The notes under the pieces: generated by a model
Database searches by the model: none
Told to the model about the DNA's origin: nothing
What the model saw: only the letters and a program-made list of their open reading frames with translations
Part shown: piece after piece, positions 38,701-50,960 of the stretch
How positions within the stretch are numbered: the stretch's first letter is position 1
Layout of the letters: every line of letters begins with the position of its first letter
Translations under genes and position numbers: made by a program
Assembly (NCBI RefSeq): GCF_963921235.1
Contig: NC_086109.1
Span: 12,462,001-12,526,000, forward strand
Origin: Mobula hypostoma
Lineage: Eukaryota
Direction of reading: 5' to 3'
Length of the DNA: 64,000 nt

Positions 38701-38869
38701 GTCAAAATCATGGAATTCTCTCCCTAACAGCACTGTAGGTGTAGCTACACCTCAGAGACTGCAGCAGTTCAAGAAAGCAGCTTGTCACCACTTCTCAAGG
38801 GCAGCTAGGGATGGGTAATAAATGCTGGCTTAGCTGGAGATGCCCACATTGCATAACTGAATAAAAAAA
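35780..38869 (+). mobile_element. Decayed CR1/L2-group LINE (APE plus RT) preceded by a tRNA-like, DeuSINE-like 5' segment
   Basis: B-box-like GTTTGAATCCC near 35848; Deu-like block CTGGTTCACTAATGTCCTTTAGG. Broken ORF with DFNVHHQEWL, ALDVKAVFDRVWH, GVPRGSVQGP and MFADDCT motifs; ends AATAAATGC...poly(A) at 38869. Confidence 0.8.
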
Positions 38870-39009
38870 GGTGAAATATGAGGAGAGATTCAGTACAGGA
38901 GTAACAGTTCCCATATGTTCACACATTTTGGGGAAGTAATACATTGTTTTTAACTGCTTATTCTTGATTTCACTGTAGAGTAAAAATTAAGGTGATCTGA
39001 GAAAATAAT

Positions 39010-40155
39010 TCATAGAATCATAGAGTCATAGAATAGTACAGCACAGTACAGGCCCTTCGGCCCACAATATTGTGCCGACCCTCAAACCCTGCCTCCCATA
39101 TAAGCCCCCACCTTAGATTCCTCCATATACCTGTCTAGTAGTCTCTTAAACTTCACTAGTGTATCTGCCTCCACCACTGACTCAGGCAGTGCATTCCACG
39201 CACCAACCACTCTCTGAATAAAAAACCTTCCTCTAATATCCCCCTTGAACTTCCCACCCCTTACTTTAAAGCCATGTCCTCTTGTATTGAGCAGTGGTGC
39301 CCTGAGGAAGAGGCGCTGGCTATCCACTCTATCTATTCCTCTTATTATCTTGTACACCTCTGTCATGTCTCCTCTCATCCTCCTTCTCTCCAAAAAGTAA
39401 AGCCCTAGCTCCCTTAATCTCTGATCATAATGCATACTTTCTAAACCAGGCAGCATCCTGGTAAATCTCCTCTGCACCCGTTCCAATGCTTCCACATCCT
39501 TCCTATAGTGAGGTGACCAGAAATGGACACAGTACTCCAAGTGTGGCCTAACCAGAGTTTTATAGAGCTGCATCATTACATCGCGACTCTTAAACTCTAT
39601 CCCTCGACTTATGAAAGCTAACACCCTATAAGCTTTCTTAACTACCCTATCCACCTGTGAGGCAACTTTCAGGGATCTGTGGACATGTACCCTGAGATCC
39701 CTCTGCTCCTCCACACTACCAAGTATCCTGCCATTTACTTTGTACTTGCCTTGGAGTTTGTCCTTCCAAAGTGTACCACCTCACACTTCTCCGGGTTGAA
39801 CTCCACCTGCCACTTCTCAGCCCACTTCTGCATCCTATCAATGTCTCTCTGCAATCTTTGACAATCCTCTACACTATCTACAACACCACCAACCTTTGTG
39901 TCATCTGCAAACTTGCCAACCCACCCTTCTACCCCCACATCCAGGTCGTTAATAAAAATCACGAAAAGTAGAGGTCCCAGAACAGATCCTTGTGGGACAC
40001 CACTAGTCACAATCCTCCAATCTGAATGTACTCCCTCCACCACCACCCTCTGCCTTCTGCAGGCAAGCCAATTCTGAATCCACCTGGCCAAACTTCCCTG
40101 GATCCCATACCTTCTAACTTTCTGAATAAGCCTACCGTGTGGAACCTTTTCAAAT
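39010..40155 (-). mobile_element. CR1 LINE 3' fragment (RT C-terminus), fairly young
   Basis: ORFs 39735-40265 and 39082-39714 carry GVPQGSVLGP, FADD and LVRPHLEYC; CTATGA-type tail. Confidence 0.9.
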
Positions 40156-40726
40156 GCAATTGATTTATATTTGCCTGAAAATTTGTCTCTGACTTCATAC
40201 ATGTGTTTGTAAAAGCTTAATTTCATTTTTTGTGTAAATAGCAAGATAATAAAATAATTTAACATACATGGGATCTATCATTCTATATTTGTTATTTCTT
40301 TAGAGGAAAACAGTACAGCATATTGTATTAGGTATGTATGCAAATACAGTCAGTGTCCACTTTATTGGTTACAACTGTACACCCACACTTTAAAGCAAAT
40401 TTCTAACCAGCCAATCATGTGGGTACTAGTGTTCGTAGTATACAAGACGTCTTCAAGGAGCGGTGCTTCAGAACGGCAGCGTCCGTTATTAAGAACCCCC
40501 ATCACCCAGGACATGCCTTCTCCTTGTTATCATCGGGGAGGAGGTACAGAAACCTGAAAGCACACAATCAATGATTCATGAACAGCTCCTTTCCCTCTGC
40601 ATCTGATTCCTAAATAGACATTAAACCCATGAACACTACCTCATTTTAAATATATATTGCTTCTGTTTTGCACTATTTTTAATCTATTCTATATTATTCT
40701 CTCTCTATATGTGTGTGTATATATAT

Positions 40727-40729
<3 letters not shown>

Positions 40730-40763
<34 letters not shown>
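40730..40763. repeat. (CA)n microsatellite
   Basis: Direct reading. Confidence 0.95.
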
Positions 40764-40765
<2 letters not shown>

Positions 40766-41129
40766 AACATAATTGATTTAGTTTTAAAATTTCTATATTA
40801 TCATGTATTGCATTGTTTTGCTGCTATGAAGTTAACAAATTTCACGACACATACAGGTGCTAATGAACCTGATTCTGAGAACGAGTGTACAGATATGAAA
40901 CACTCCTGTGTTTCCGCAGCTGGATTGGAGTTTCAACACCATACAACAATTCAGTGAAATGAGTGAAAATACTGTTGAATCATATTTGCTTGAATCAAAT
41001 CCCAATCCAGCAAACTCAACTGTGGAATATTGTAATGCTTTCCACTCTGTCTCTGAAGTGCTTTGTGATGTCCTATCCATTTTAAGCATTCCTTCCCTAA
41101 CAGCATCGACAAGCTCAGGTTGAACAGGT

Positions 41130-41350
41130 CCAGATCTATCAGTGGACATTTACAAAGACAGATGTTTAAAAAGGGCCCGAAGGATCATTGAGGACCCAAG
41201 TTACCCCAACCACAAATCGTTCCAGCTTCTACCATCCGGGAAATGGTACCCTAGCATAAAAGCCAGGACCAACTGGTCCGGGACAGATTCTTCCACCAGG
41301 CCATCAGATTGCTTAATTCATTTTGACACAACTGTATTTCCATGTCATAT
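41130..41350 (+). mobile_element. Rex1/Babar-like LINE 3' fragment
   Basis: DIYKDRCLKRARRIIEDPSYPNH..FQLLPSGK.Y.SIKART. Confidence 0.7.
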
Positions 41351-42410
41351 TGACTATCCTGTTGTACAAAATATCAATTATAAATTAGTGCGAGGTGTGG
41401 GAACTATAAGGTTGGTAGCAGTGGATGGGAGAGCAAAATAAGATAGCTTCGATCGCTGCGGCTGCTACAGGGTCATAAGACCCTGCTGGACATTAAGATC
41501 TTAAAGTACTCCGGGTCTACCCCATCAGCGAGTTGTTCGTTGGTGGAGAAACTGAAGGAGTCGGACTTGGTGCGGACCGTGATGCTGCCTGTGTCAGGTG
41601 CGCGAAGTTTAGCAGTGAGTGATCGTCTTAGTCATTTTTCTTGATATCACAAGACTCTGTTGGACATAGATGAAGTGGAATGCTGCAAGTCGGAATCACT
41701 GAGTTATTGGCAGATGACGATAAAACCATGTGGTTTCAGTCATAGCAACGACTCAGCACCAAGCTGTCGCCTGTTTACTGCCACCAGGGAGAGAATCGTG
41801 AGACTCGGCGCCGTCCTTGGAGGCATTGTGGAAGATGCCCAAGCTGGAGCCAGTGCTGTTCCCTAGTGCTCGCTCGGCAGCGGACGAGCCGTATTGTGTT
41901 CAACTGCAGATTTTTGCAACCTTCGTGGGACTCAGGGTCTTGTGTGACTGTATTTTACTGATATCTGAAATGAGCTTGCATTTATATGTGTTATAGTGTT
42001 TTGTGCTGTGTGTGACTGGTGGTATTGTGTTTTGCACCTTAGCCCCAGAGTAACGCTGTTTCGTTGGCTGTATTCATGCGTATTCATGACAATTAAACTT
42101 GAACAATAAATATGTGACTATCTGAAATGAAATTTGCCGATAATGGAAATACTCAGTAAATCAGGAGGCATCTGCAGAGATAAAACTGTCGTAATACTGA
42201 CACCGATGAGGGTAACATGTTGGAGAAGGAAATCAAAAATCAAAGTCACTGACTTGAAGGATGGCAACATTGTCTCGTGTTCGGTTTTCAGTTTCACGGA
42301 GTCAACAGTTTAATGACGAGAGGTTAATTTTCTCTGCACAAAGTGTGCAGAAGAATGAATATTTGATCTTGATGTAAAATTCCAGCACAGTCAGTGTAAT
42401 CTGGGAGTCT

Positions 42411-42461
42411 TCACTTTAACTCCTGGACCACCAGGCTGAAAGGATCAGATTCATCACGTCT
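42411..42461 (-). pseudogene. Gene A terminal exon, short tail RRDESDPFSLVVQELK*
   Basis: Acceptor ttgccttttgcag|; paralog of 3370-3417 with the same stop position. Confidence 0.7.
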
Positions 42462-42716
42462 CTGCAAAAGGCAATGGTCAACCCATCAGATTCTTCGACA
42501 ATGGGATCTCTGCTTTAGTTCACACGGTCACTCACAATGGAATTCTGTCTGAAGCAAGTATTCCATTCATTCTAAACACAAGAGACCATGTCAAAGCCAA
42601 GCTATATCATCTGCATAAAATTGAATTTGACCACAGGATAAGAAAGGATTCATATATTTAAAAGTTTTTCCTCAAATGATCAGTATATTTGATTCTGCTG
42701 ATTTCCTTAAGTCTAC

Positions 42717-42807
42717 CTTAGTTTCCCTTGTGAACCACATGACTGAACTCGTGCCGATCATCAGGAGAGCGAAGAGCAGCCAACGACCCACCTTCCATGT
42801 CATGAAA
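42717..42807 (-). pseudogene. Gene A transmembrane exon FMTWKVGRWLLFALLMIGTSSVMWFTRETK
   Basis: 91 nt, canonical splice sites, open frame; WKVGRWLLFALL is identical to the 3.7-kb copy. Confidence 0.8.
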
Positions 42808-43095
42808 CTGAGCAAAGGGGCAGAGATATAGAATCAGTGCGAGGAAATGAGGTGGCTTTGCGTTTGAAACACTTGCCTCCTGTTTCCACAGTAATCTTAG
42901 TGGAGTGGAGTGAGGTAAAGCAGCTGAATGGGGGGGGGGGAGTTCAAACAGGAGACTAAACTAGTGTTCAACTGAAACATGACTGCACAATTACTGGGAC
43001 ATGACTGCACAAAAATGAAGACTGTAAATCAGAAATTGCAAAGTGAAAATAAATTTTGGAAAGGAAGAGAAGGAAATGGTGAAGTGCAGAGGTGC

Positions 43096-43135
43096 GACAA
43101 TGATAAAGAAATAGAATTGAAGGAAGTGGACACTG
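43096..43135 (-). pseudogene. Gene A putative stalk exon AVSTSFNSISLS
   Basis: Acceptor ttccttacag|; phase 1 to 2 with either a GT donor (exon ends 43099) or a GC donor (exon ends 43096); donors are weak. Confidence 0.45.
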
Positions 43136-43249
43136 CTGTAAGGAAGACAGTGATAGAGTCCACGCGGAAAGATGTGAAAGATAATAAATGACGTGTGACT
43201 GATGGTGAAAGGGAGAAAGGACATGAAATCACGCAGACAAATTAGAATC

Positions 43250-43545
43250 ACAAGCAAGTGCCACACCTGCCCCTACACCTCCTCCCTCACTACCATTCAG
43301 GGCCCCAAACAATCCTACCAGCTGAGATGACACCACCTATGAGTTTGCTGGGTCATCTACTATATCCAGTGCTCCCGGTGTCAAATCATGTATATCGGTG
43401 AGATCTGGCATAGATTAGGAGACTGTTTCACTGAGCACCTATGCTCCATTCACCAGAAAAAAAACTGGATCTCCCAGTGGTCACCCATTTCAGTTTTACT
43501 TCCCATTCCCATTCTGACATGTCAGTCCATGGCCTCCTCTACTGA
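43250..43545 (+). mobile_element. Penelope-like element, GIY-YIG endonuclease fragment
   Basis: Decayed KCHTCPYTSSLTTIQGPKQS...VIY.I.CSRC..MYIGE...RLGD.F.EHL. Confidence 0.75.
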
Positions 43546-43592
43546 GCCAGTTATTTTGTTTGAAGTACAAAATCAGTCTCTGAGAAACCTGC

Positions 43593-43912
43593 CATCAGAT
43601 ACTTGTAGATGTACATTAATCATCAAATTGGGACCTGTTGTTCTAGTTCCACAGCTGTACCATCCTGTATCTCCAGAGCGAAGATCCACCATAGTAACAG
43701 TAACTGTTCTCCATTCCATGTTATCTGTGATTGACAGTCTTCCTCTCCATCTGTGATGCCCATTTGTTTCCACTAAAACTGAACAACTGACGGTCCATCC
43801 ATGGCACCAATACGTTGTGCACGAGTGGTGCATTGCTTCATAGTGACATTCGGTTGTGATCTCTCTTCCCACAACTCCTCTTACGTATTTTCTGCCCACA
43901 ATGTAACTGAAA
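43593..43912 (-). pseudogene. Gene A V-type Ig exon with a 1-nt deletion and a GC donor
   Basis: 320 nt versus 321 in both paralogs. GCAGAAAATAC versus GCAGAGAAATAT gives TAA soon after the exon start; donor is GATG|gcaggt. No leader exon was found upstream. Confidence 0.8.
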
Positions 43913-44279
43913 CTGAGGAGGGCATTTTCAGATTTGAGGGGAAAGGAACAAATTAATGTAAAAAATATTTTTGAACTTGACAGTAAAATCAGGTCCAGGT
44001 CACGTCCAGCATGTTGACCATGACACCATAGCCAATGATTTTGGTGGGAAGTGCAGTCAGGGCTGTTACTGTGTCAGCTGTGTCAGTGCTCTCTCCCCTG
44101 TGTCAGTACATTGTGGGTTTACTTCCCACTCCAGAGTCCTGAGCAGAAACCCAGGGCTGATCTTCCAGTGCAGTACTGAGGGAGAGCAGCAGTGTTGAAA
44201 TTTCAGTTACCTCAGATTATGATCAGCCTTTCAAAAGTACACAACGATGCCAGATATTTCATTTGGGAGGCTTCCAGAC

Positions 44280-44280
<1 letters not shown>

Positions 44281-44326
<46 letters not shown>
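44281..44326. repeat. (TG)n microsatellite
   Basis: Direct reading. Confidence 0.95.
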
Positions 44327-44330
<4 letters not shown>

Positions 44331-46249
44331 TTTATTTGTCTCAGATTCCAGGGAACTCTTGGGTTGAGATGGAGTTGATGGAGTTGGTAGGGTCACTTGA
44401 GGCCAATGTCCTGACTTGCTCCTCACATACAATTTTATAACCTGCAGAAAGAAACCCCTCATGACATCTGTAACTGTGCCCTCTGGTTCTGATGGAAATT
44501 TTATATTTTGTACCTGTCAAGTATTTCTCTGTGTAGTTAGAAGGTGCTGCAACAATGGTTGTTGCCACTGTAGTGCCTAGAAATCCAGGTGTGATTTCAA
44601 TTTCTGAAAGGTTACATTGAGTGTTTAAATACAATTTATTAATTATTTCTGCAATTAAAAAATCACATATCGATAATGGTAATGATCAGCTACCAGACTG
44701 TCAAAATCCCATCTGGATCGGAAAGACCTTTCAGGACAGAAATCTCTGATCTCAAGACAATGACGTCAATTGTCATAGTGATCCCTGCAGAGTGAAATCA
44801 GATTCCGGCAATGGTAGACCTGATGTTCTCGCTTAACACCCTCCAGGAGATTTCTCCAGCTGGATATAGTCTTCCCACACCTGGTTCCACACTATTCCCC
44901 TTTTCTCCTTATCTGCTTCCATCTCTCACCCACCTCCAAACTCCACCCTATTTCCTCCCCATTCCATTTGCCTGCTGTGCTTCACCCCTCCTCAGTTCCT
45001 CACCACTAAGTGGATTCAGTCTCACACCTCCTCCTCTCCTATTTACACTCTCTCCCTCTCCACTCACACTTGATGCAGGGTCTCGACCCAAACCGTTGAC
45101 ATTTTTCTTCCCCTTGACAAATGCAGTTTGACCCACTGAGTTCCTCCAGGAGTGAACTCTGACCTCTAGTTTCTGACATCTTTAGTGTCTACAGGTATTC
45201 AAGCACTGCTATGGAAACAGTTTTGAGGTCAAGTCATTGGATCTATTTAAAGTGATTGATTAATAAGGGCGTCAAAGGTTTCGGAGAGAAGACAGGAAAA
45301 TAAGAGAAGAGAGAGAAATAAGCAATGTTTGAATGGTGGAATAGACTCTATGGGAAGAAAGGCCTAATTCTGCTTCGATGTCTTTTGGTCTTATGGTCTT
45401 CTAATACAGGAAACAATCTGGTTAACCTCCTCTACAATCTCTCCAATGTTTCCACATCCTTCCTGTGATGCAGGAAACACATCTACACACCAAGCACGAA
45501 TGTGCCCTAACTATGTTTTCATTGACTTGCATCATGAATTCTTGACTGCTCAATGCTGGCCCAATGCCATAAGCTCTCTTCACCACCTACTTTACCATCT
45601 CTCTCTGATCTAAACTTTGCAGAGTTATTGACTTACACTTGTTCTGGATCTGCCTTAATAAGAATTCAAACGAACACATTTGGGAAACTTGTTGCTGAAG
45701 AAGGAGCAAAGCTGTGGGTTTAGATGAAATATTCTTTGCTTCAGTGACCTTGTAGATGTCTACTGATCTTATGGAGAGGCATAAAGCTGTGAGGGGCACA
45801 GAAAGAGTAAACCACACGATCACTTTCCCAGAGAAAGTGACGCCTGGCCAAATTTTTAGAGCCTTGGATGTAGTCTAATTTGACTTCAAGAAGGCCCCAT
45901 AATGGAGGTTAATCAGGAATCCATGGAGAGATAGCTAGGAGGAATCAACATTGACTTGAGGTAGGAAGAAAAAGTTGGTGTTTGAAGGCTGTTTCTTGGA
46001 ATGGAGGTTGGTGACTCCTGTCATGCCACAAGTATCAGTGTCTCGGCTCTTGTTATTCCTTATATATTTTTTATCAATCGTTCGGATGCAAACGCACAAG
46101 TAAGTCTCCGGAGGGCACAACATTAAGAGATGTTACTGATACTGGAGAAGGTTGCTATAGATTACAGGAGTATCTTGATCAGTTAGGGAGGTGCACTTAG
46201 GAGTGGCAAATGGATTTCAATAAATATAAGTGCAGTTGTTGGCCATCTC

Positions 46250-46650
46250 ATGGGGATGCCTTCCATGCCATTCCAGGACGTGCTGAAGCGCTTCTTATAC
46301 AGGCTGCTCCTGCACACCTTTCACTTCCCTGCCTTCGTCTGCTGACTGGACTTGCCTTGGTTGCTGGACCTCCTGGTGGGCTTGTTCCTGATCCTGGCCA
46401 AGATGGCCATTCATGGGTCTAGGTGGCGGAAGGTGGAGGGTGCTGCCCGGGCCGACTGCCTGCCCTTTTCCCTGAGGATACGTTCACGTCCGGCTGTCGC
46501 AGTGGGCACATCGGAGGACTTCCATAAACGGTGGACCCCACCATGGTATTGACTGTTTTTATATATTGTAGTAACCATATTTTAACTTCAGTATACTTAC
46601 TGTGTTGTAAATTTCCCCCGGGATTAATAAAGTATGACTGTGACTATGAC
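46250..46650 (+). mobile_element. Tx1/L1-like LINE ORF2 C-terminal fragment
   Basis: LLVGLFLILAKMAIHGSR.RKVEGAARADCLP; followed by a 3' UTR and a (TATGAC)-type tail. Confidence 0.6.
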
Positions 46651-47504
46651 TAGATATTGATTGTCTGTACCTCTGTGTTGTAAATAAACTTTTATAGTTT
46701 TGTTAAAAAAAGATGCATTTTGGAAAGTCAAGCCACCATCTGATTTATAATGATTTGGTGTTAGGGTGCATAATGCGACAGAATAACCCAGGAGTACAAG
46801 TGCATAGTTCACTGAAAACTCTGCAAAGGTGGTGTGAAATAAACATTCAGCACACTGGCCTTCATCAGTCTGGACACCAAGTACAGGAATTGGGATATTA
46901 TGCTGCAGTTGCATAATTTGTTGTTGAGTACTGTGTATAGTTTTCGTCACCCTGCTAGATGAAAGATATGGTTAAACCAAAATAGTGCAGGGCAGTTTTA
47001 CAAGGATGTTGTCAGGACAAGAGGGCAATGAGTTATAGTGAGAGGTTGGCCAGGTTAGATCATTATTCCTTGGAATGCAGGAAAATGAAGAATGACCTTA
47101 TAGAAGTGTTTAAGATTATGGGAGACATAGATAAGGTAGATGGTAACAGTTTTATTTCACCCCAGGGTACGGGACTCCAAAAATAAGGCCATAGACTTAG
47201 GGCGAGAAGGGGCAGGTTTAAAAGAGACCCGATGGCCAACTTTTTCATACAGAGGGTAGTGAGTGTATGGATAGTTCAAAGTAATTTGATTATCAAAATA
47301 CATACATGTCACCACATATAACCCTGAGATTCATTTTCCTGTGGGTAAGTAGAATGAATCACAATAGAATCAGTGAAAAACCACACACAACAGAAATGGA
47401 CAAAGAACCAACATGCAAATACGAAAAGAAAAGTAGAAATAATAATAATAATATAAACATACCAAAAATACATAATAAAAGACCAACAAATTCAAGATGA
47501 TAAA

Positions 47505-50463
47505 TATAGATAATGACAAGAAAGAACATAATTGTATAAGGGCTAAGAGAGTTGTAAAAGAGCTCCTGAAGGCTTTGTGTGTCAATGCAAGGAGCATTTG
47601 TAATAAGGTGGATGAATTGAAAGTGCAGATTGTTATTAATGATTATGATATAGTTGAGATCACAGAGACATGGCTCCAGGGTGACCAAGGATGGGAGCTC
47701 AACGTTCAGGGATATTCAATATTCAGGAGGGATAGACATGAAGGAAGGTGAGGTGGGGTGGCGTTGCTGGTTAAAGAAGAGATTAACGCAATAGAAAGGA
47801 AGGACATAAGCCGGGAAGATGTGGAATCGATATGGGTAGAGCTGCGTAACACTAAGGGGCAGAAGACGCTGGTGGGAGTTGTGTACAGGCCACCTAACAG
47901 TAGTAGTGAGGTCGGAGATGGTATTAAACAGGAAATTAGAAATGTGTGCAATAAAGGAACAGCAGTTATAATGGGTGACTTCAATCTACATGTAGATTGG
48001 GTGAACCAAATTGGTAAAGGTGCTGAGGAAGAGGATTTCTTGGAATGTATGCGGGATGGTTTTTTGAACCAACATGTCGAGGAACCAACCAGAGAGCAGG
48101 CTATTCTGGACTGGGTTTTGTGCAATGAGGAAGGGTTAATTAGCAATCTTGTCGTGAGAGGCCCCTTGGGTAAGACTAACCATAATATGGTGGAATTCTT
48201 CATTAAGATGGAGAGTGACATAGTTAATTCAGAAACAAAGGTTCTGAACTTAAAGAGGGGTAACTTTGAAGGTATGAGACGTGAATTAGCTAAGATAGAC
48301 TGGCAAATGACACAAAGGATTGACGGTGGATATGCAATGGCAAGCATTTAAAGGTTGCATGGATGAACTACAACAATTGTTTATCCCAGTTTGGCAAAAG
48401 AATAAATCAAGGAAGGTAGTGCACCCGTGGCTGATAAGAGAAATTAGGGATAGTATCAATTCCAAAGAAGAAGCATACAAATTAGCCAGAGAAAGTGGCT
48501 CACCTGAGGACTGGGAGAAATTCAGAGTTCAGCAGAGGAGGACAAAGGGCTTAATTAGGAAGGGGAAAAAAGATTATGAGAGAAAAGTGGCAGGGAACAT
48601 AAAAACTGACTGTAAAAGCTTTTATAGATATGTAAAAAGGAAAAGACTGGTAAAGATAAATGTAGGTCCCCTACAGACAGAAACAAGTGAATTGATTATG
48701 GGGAGCAAGGACATGGCAGACCAATTGAATAATTACTTTGGTTCTGTCTTCACTAAGGAGGACATAAATAATCTTCCAGAAATAGTAGGGGACAGAGGGT
48801 CCAGTGAGATGGAGGAACTGAGCGAAATACTTGTTAGTAGGGAAGTGGTGTTAGGTAATTTGAAGGGATTGAAGGCAGATAAATCCCCAGGGCCAGATGG
48901 TCTGCATCCTAGAGTGCTTAAGGAAGTAGCCCAAGAAATAGTGGATGCATTAGTGATAATTTTTCAAAACTCGTTAGATTCTGGACTAGTTCCTGAGGAT
49001 TGGAGGGTGGCTAATGTAACCCCACTTTTTAAAAAAGGAGGGAGAGAGAAACCGGGGAATTATAGACTGGTTAGCCTAACGTCAGTGGTGGGGAAACTGC
49101 TGGAGTCAGTTATCAAAGATGTGATAACAGCACATTTGGAAAGCGGTGAAATCATCGGACAAAGTCAGCATGGATTTGTGAAAGGAAAATCATGTCTGAT
49201 GAATCTCATTGAATTTTTTGAGGATGTAACTATAGTAGAGTGGATGGGGAGAACCAGTGGATGTGGTATATTTGGATTTTCAAAAGGCTTTTGACAAGGT
49301 CCCACACAGGAGATTAGTGTGCAAACTTAAAGCATATGGTATTGGGGGTAAGGTATTGATGTGGCTGGAGAATTGGTTAGCAGACAGGAAGCAAAGAGTG
49401 GGAATAAATGGGACCTTTTCAGAATGGCAGGCGGTGACTAGTGGGGTACTGCAAGGCTCAGTGCTGGGACCCCAGTTCTTTACAATATATATTAATGACT
49501 TGGATGAGGGAATTAAATGCAGTATCTCCCAGTTTGCGGATGACACGAAGCTGGGTGGCAGTGTTAGCTGTGAGGAGGATGCTAAGAGGATGCAGAGTGA
49601 CTTGGATAGGTTGGGTGAGTGGGCAAGTTCATGGCAGATGCAATTTAATGTGGATAAATGTGAAGTTATCCACTTTGGTGGCAAAAATAGGAAAACAGAT
49701 TGTTATCTGAATGGTGGCCGATTAGGAAAAGGGGAGGTGCAAAGAGACCTGGGTGTCATTATACGCCAGTCATTGAAAGTGGGCATGCAGGTACAGCAGG
49801 CGGTGAAAAAGGCGAATGGTATGCTGGCATTTATAGCGAGAGGATTCGAGTACAGCAGCAGGGAAGTACTACTGTAGTTGTACAAGGCCTTGGTGAGACC
49901 ACACCTGGAGTATTGTGTGCAGTTTTGGTCCACTAATCTGAGGAAAGACATCCTTGCCATAGAGGGAGTACAAAGAAGGTTCACCAGATTGATTCCTGGG
50001 ATGGCAGGACTTTCATATGAAGAAAGACTGGATGAACTGGGCTTGTACTCGTTGGAATTTAGGAGATTGAGGGGGGATCTGATTGAAACGTATAAAATCC
50101 TAAAGGGATTGGACAGGCTAGATGCAGGAAGATTGTTCCCGATGTTGGGGAAGTCCAGAACAAGGGGTCACAGTTGGAGGATAAAGGGGATGCCTTTTAG
50201 GACCAAGATTAGGAAAAACTTCTTCACACAGAGAGTGGTGAATCTGTGGAATTCTCTGCCACAGGAAACAGTTGAGGCCAGTTCATTGGCTATATTTAAG
50301 AGGGAGTTAGATATGGCCCTTGTGGCTACGGGGATCAGGGGGTATGGAGGGAAGGCTGGGGCGGGGTTCTGAGTTGGATGATCAGCCATGATCATAATAA
50401 ATGGCGGTGCAGGCTCGAAGGGCCGAATGGCCTAGTCCTGCACCTATTTTCTATGTTTCTATG
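47505..50463 (+). mobile_element. Second young CR1 LINE, same subfamily as 24434-27306, with frameshifts
   Basis: Near-identical by eye to the first copy. TGA at 47749-47751, frameshifts near 48315 and 49235, TAG near 49875; same tail. Confidence 0.95.
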
Positions 50464-50619
50464 TTAACAGAAACAATCCAACACATTAAGGGGATCCTGT
50501 AGCAGTTTAACACAATCTGATTACTTACGCAGGCTCAATCAAGTGGCAAACATCATTCATCAAAATCTTGCTTTAAAATACAAACTCAGAAATGAAATCA
50601 CACTTTACTATAAATCCAA

Positions 50620-50960
50620 GCCTGATCCAGTTTTAGAGTCAGAATACCACAAATTATATTACGACTGATCAGTTATTACAGATAGGACAATCTATAATAA
50701 TGTCCGGAAATAATAATACACAATAATTAAGTAAGAACAACTCATTTAGTAGATAAAGCTATTCCAAACCCACCTAACTTACAGAAATCAATAAATGAAA
50801 AACAGCTGGAACATGCTGAATTAAAAGAGGAAATTGAAAGACTTTGGAACATAAACAGGGTATACATTGCCTGATAGTAAAATCTACAACTAGTATCATC
50901 CCAAAGGCACTGCACAATAGCATTAAACAATTAGGGTTGCATGGTATTCTATGTACTACT
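50620..50960 (+). mobile_element. R4/Dong-like non-LTR element, restriction-like endonuclease fragment
   Basis: Decayed ...ITDRTI.NN.P...VDKAIPNPPNLQKSINEK...AELKEEIERLWN...TT.IIPK (PD..D..K-type RLE region). Confidence 0.6.
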
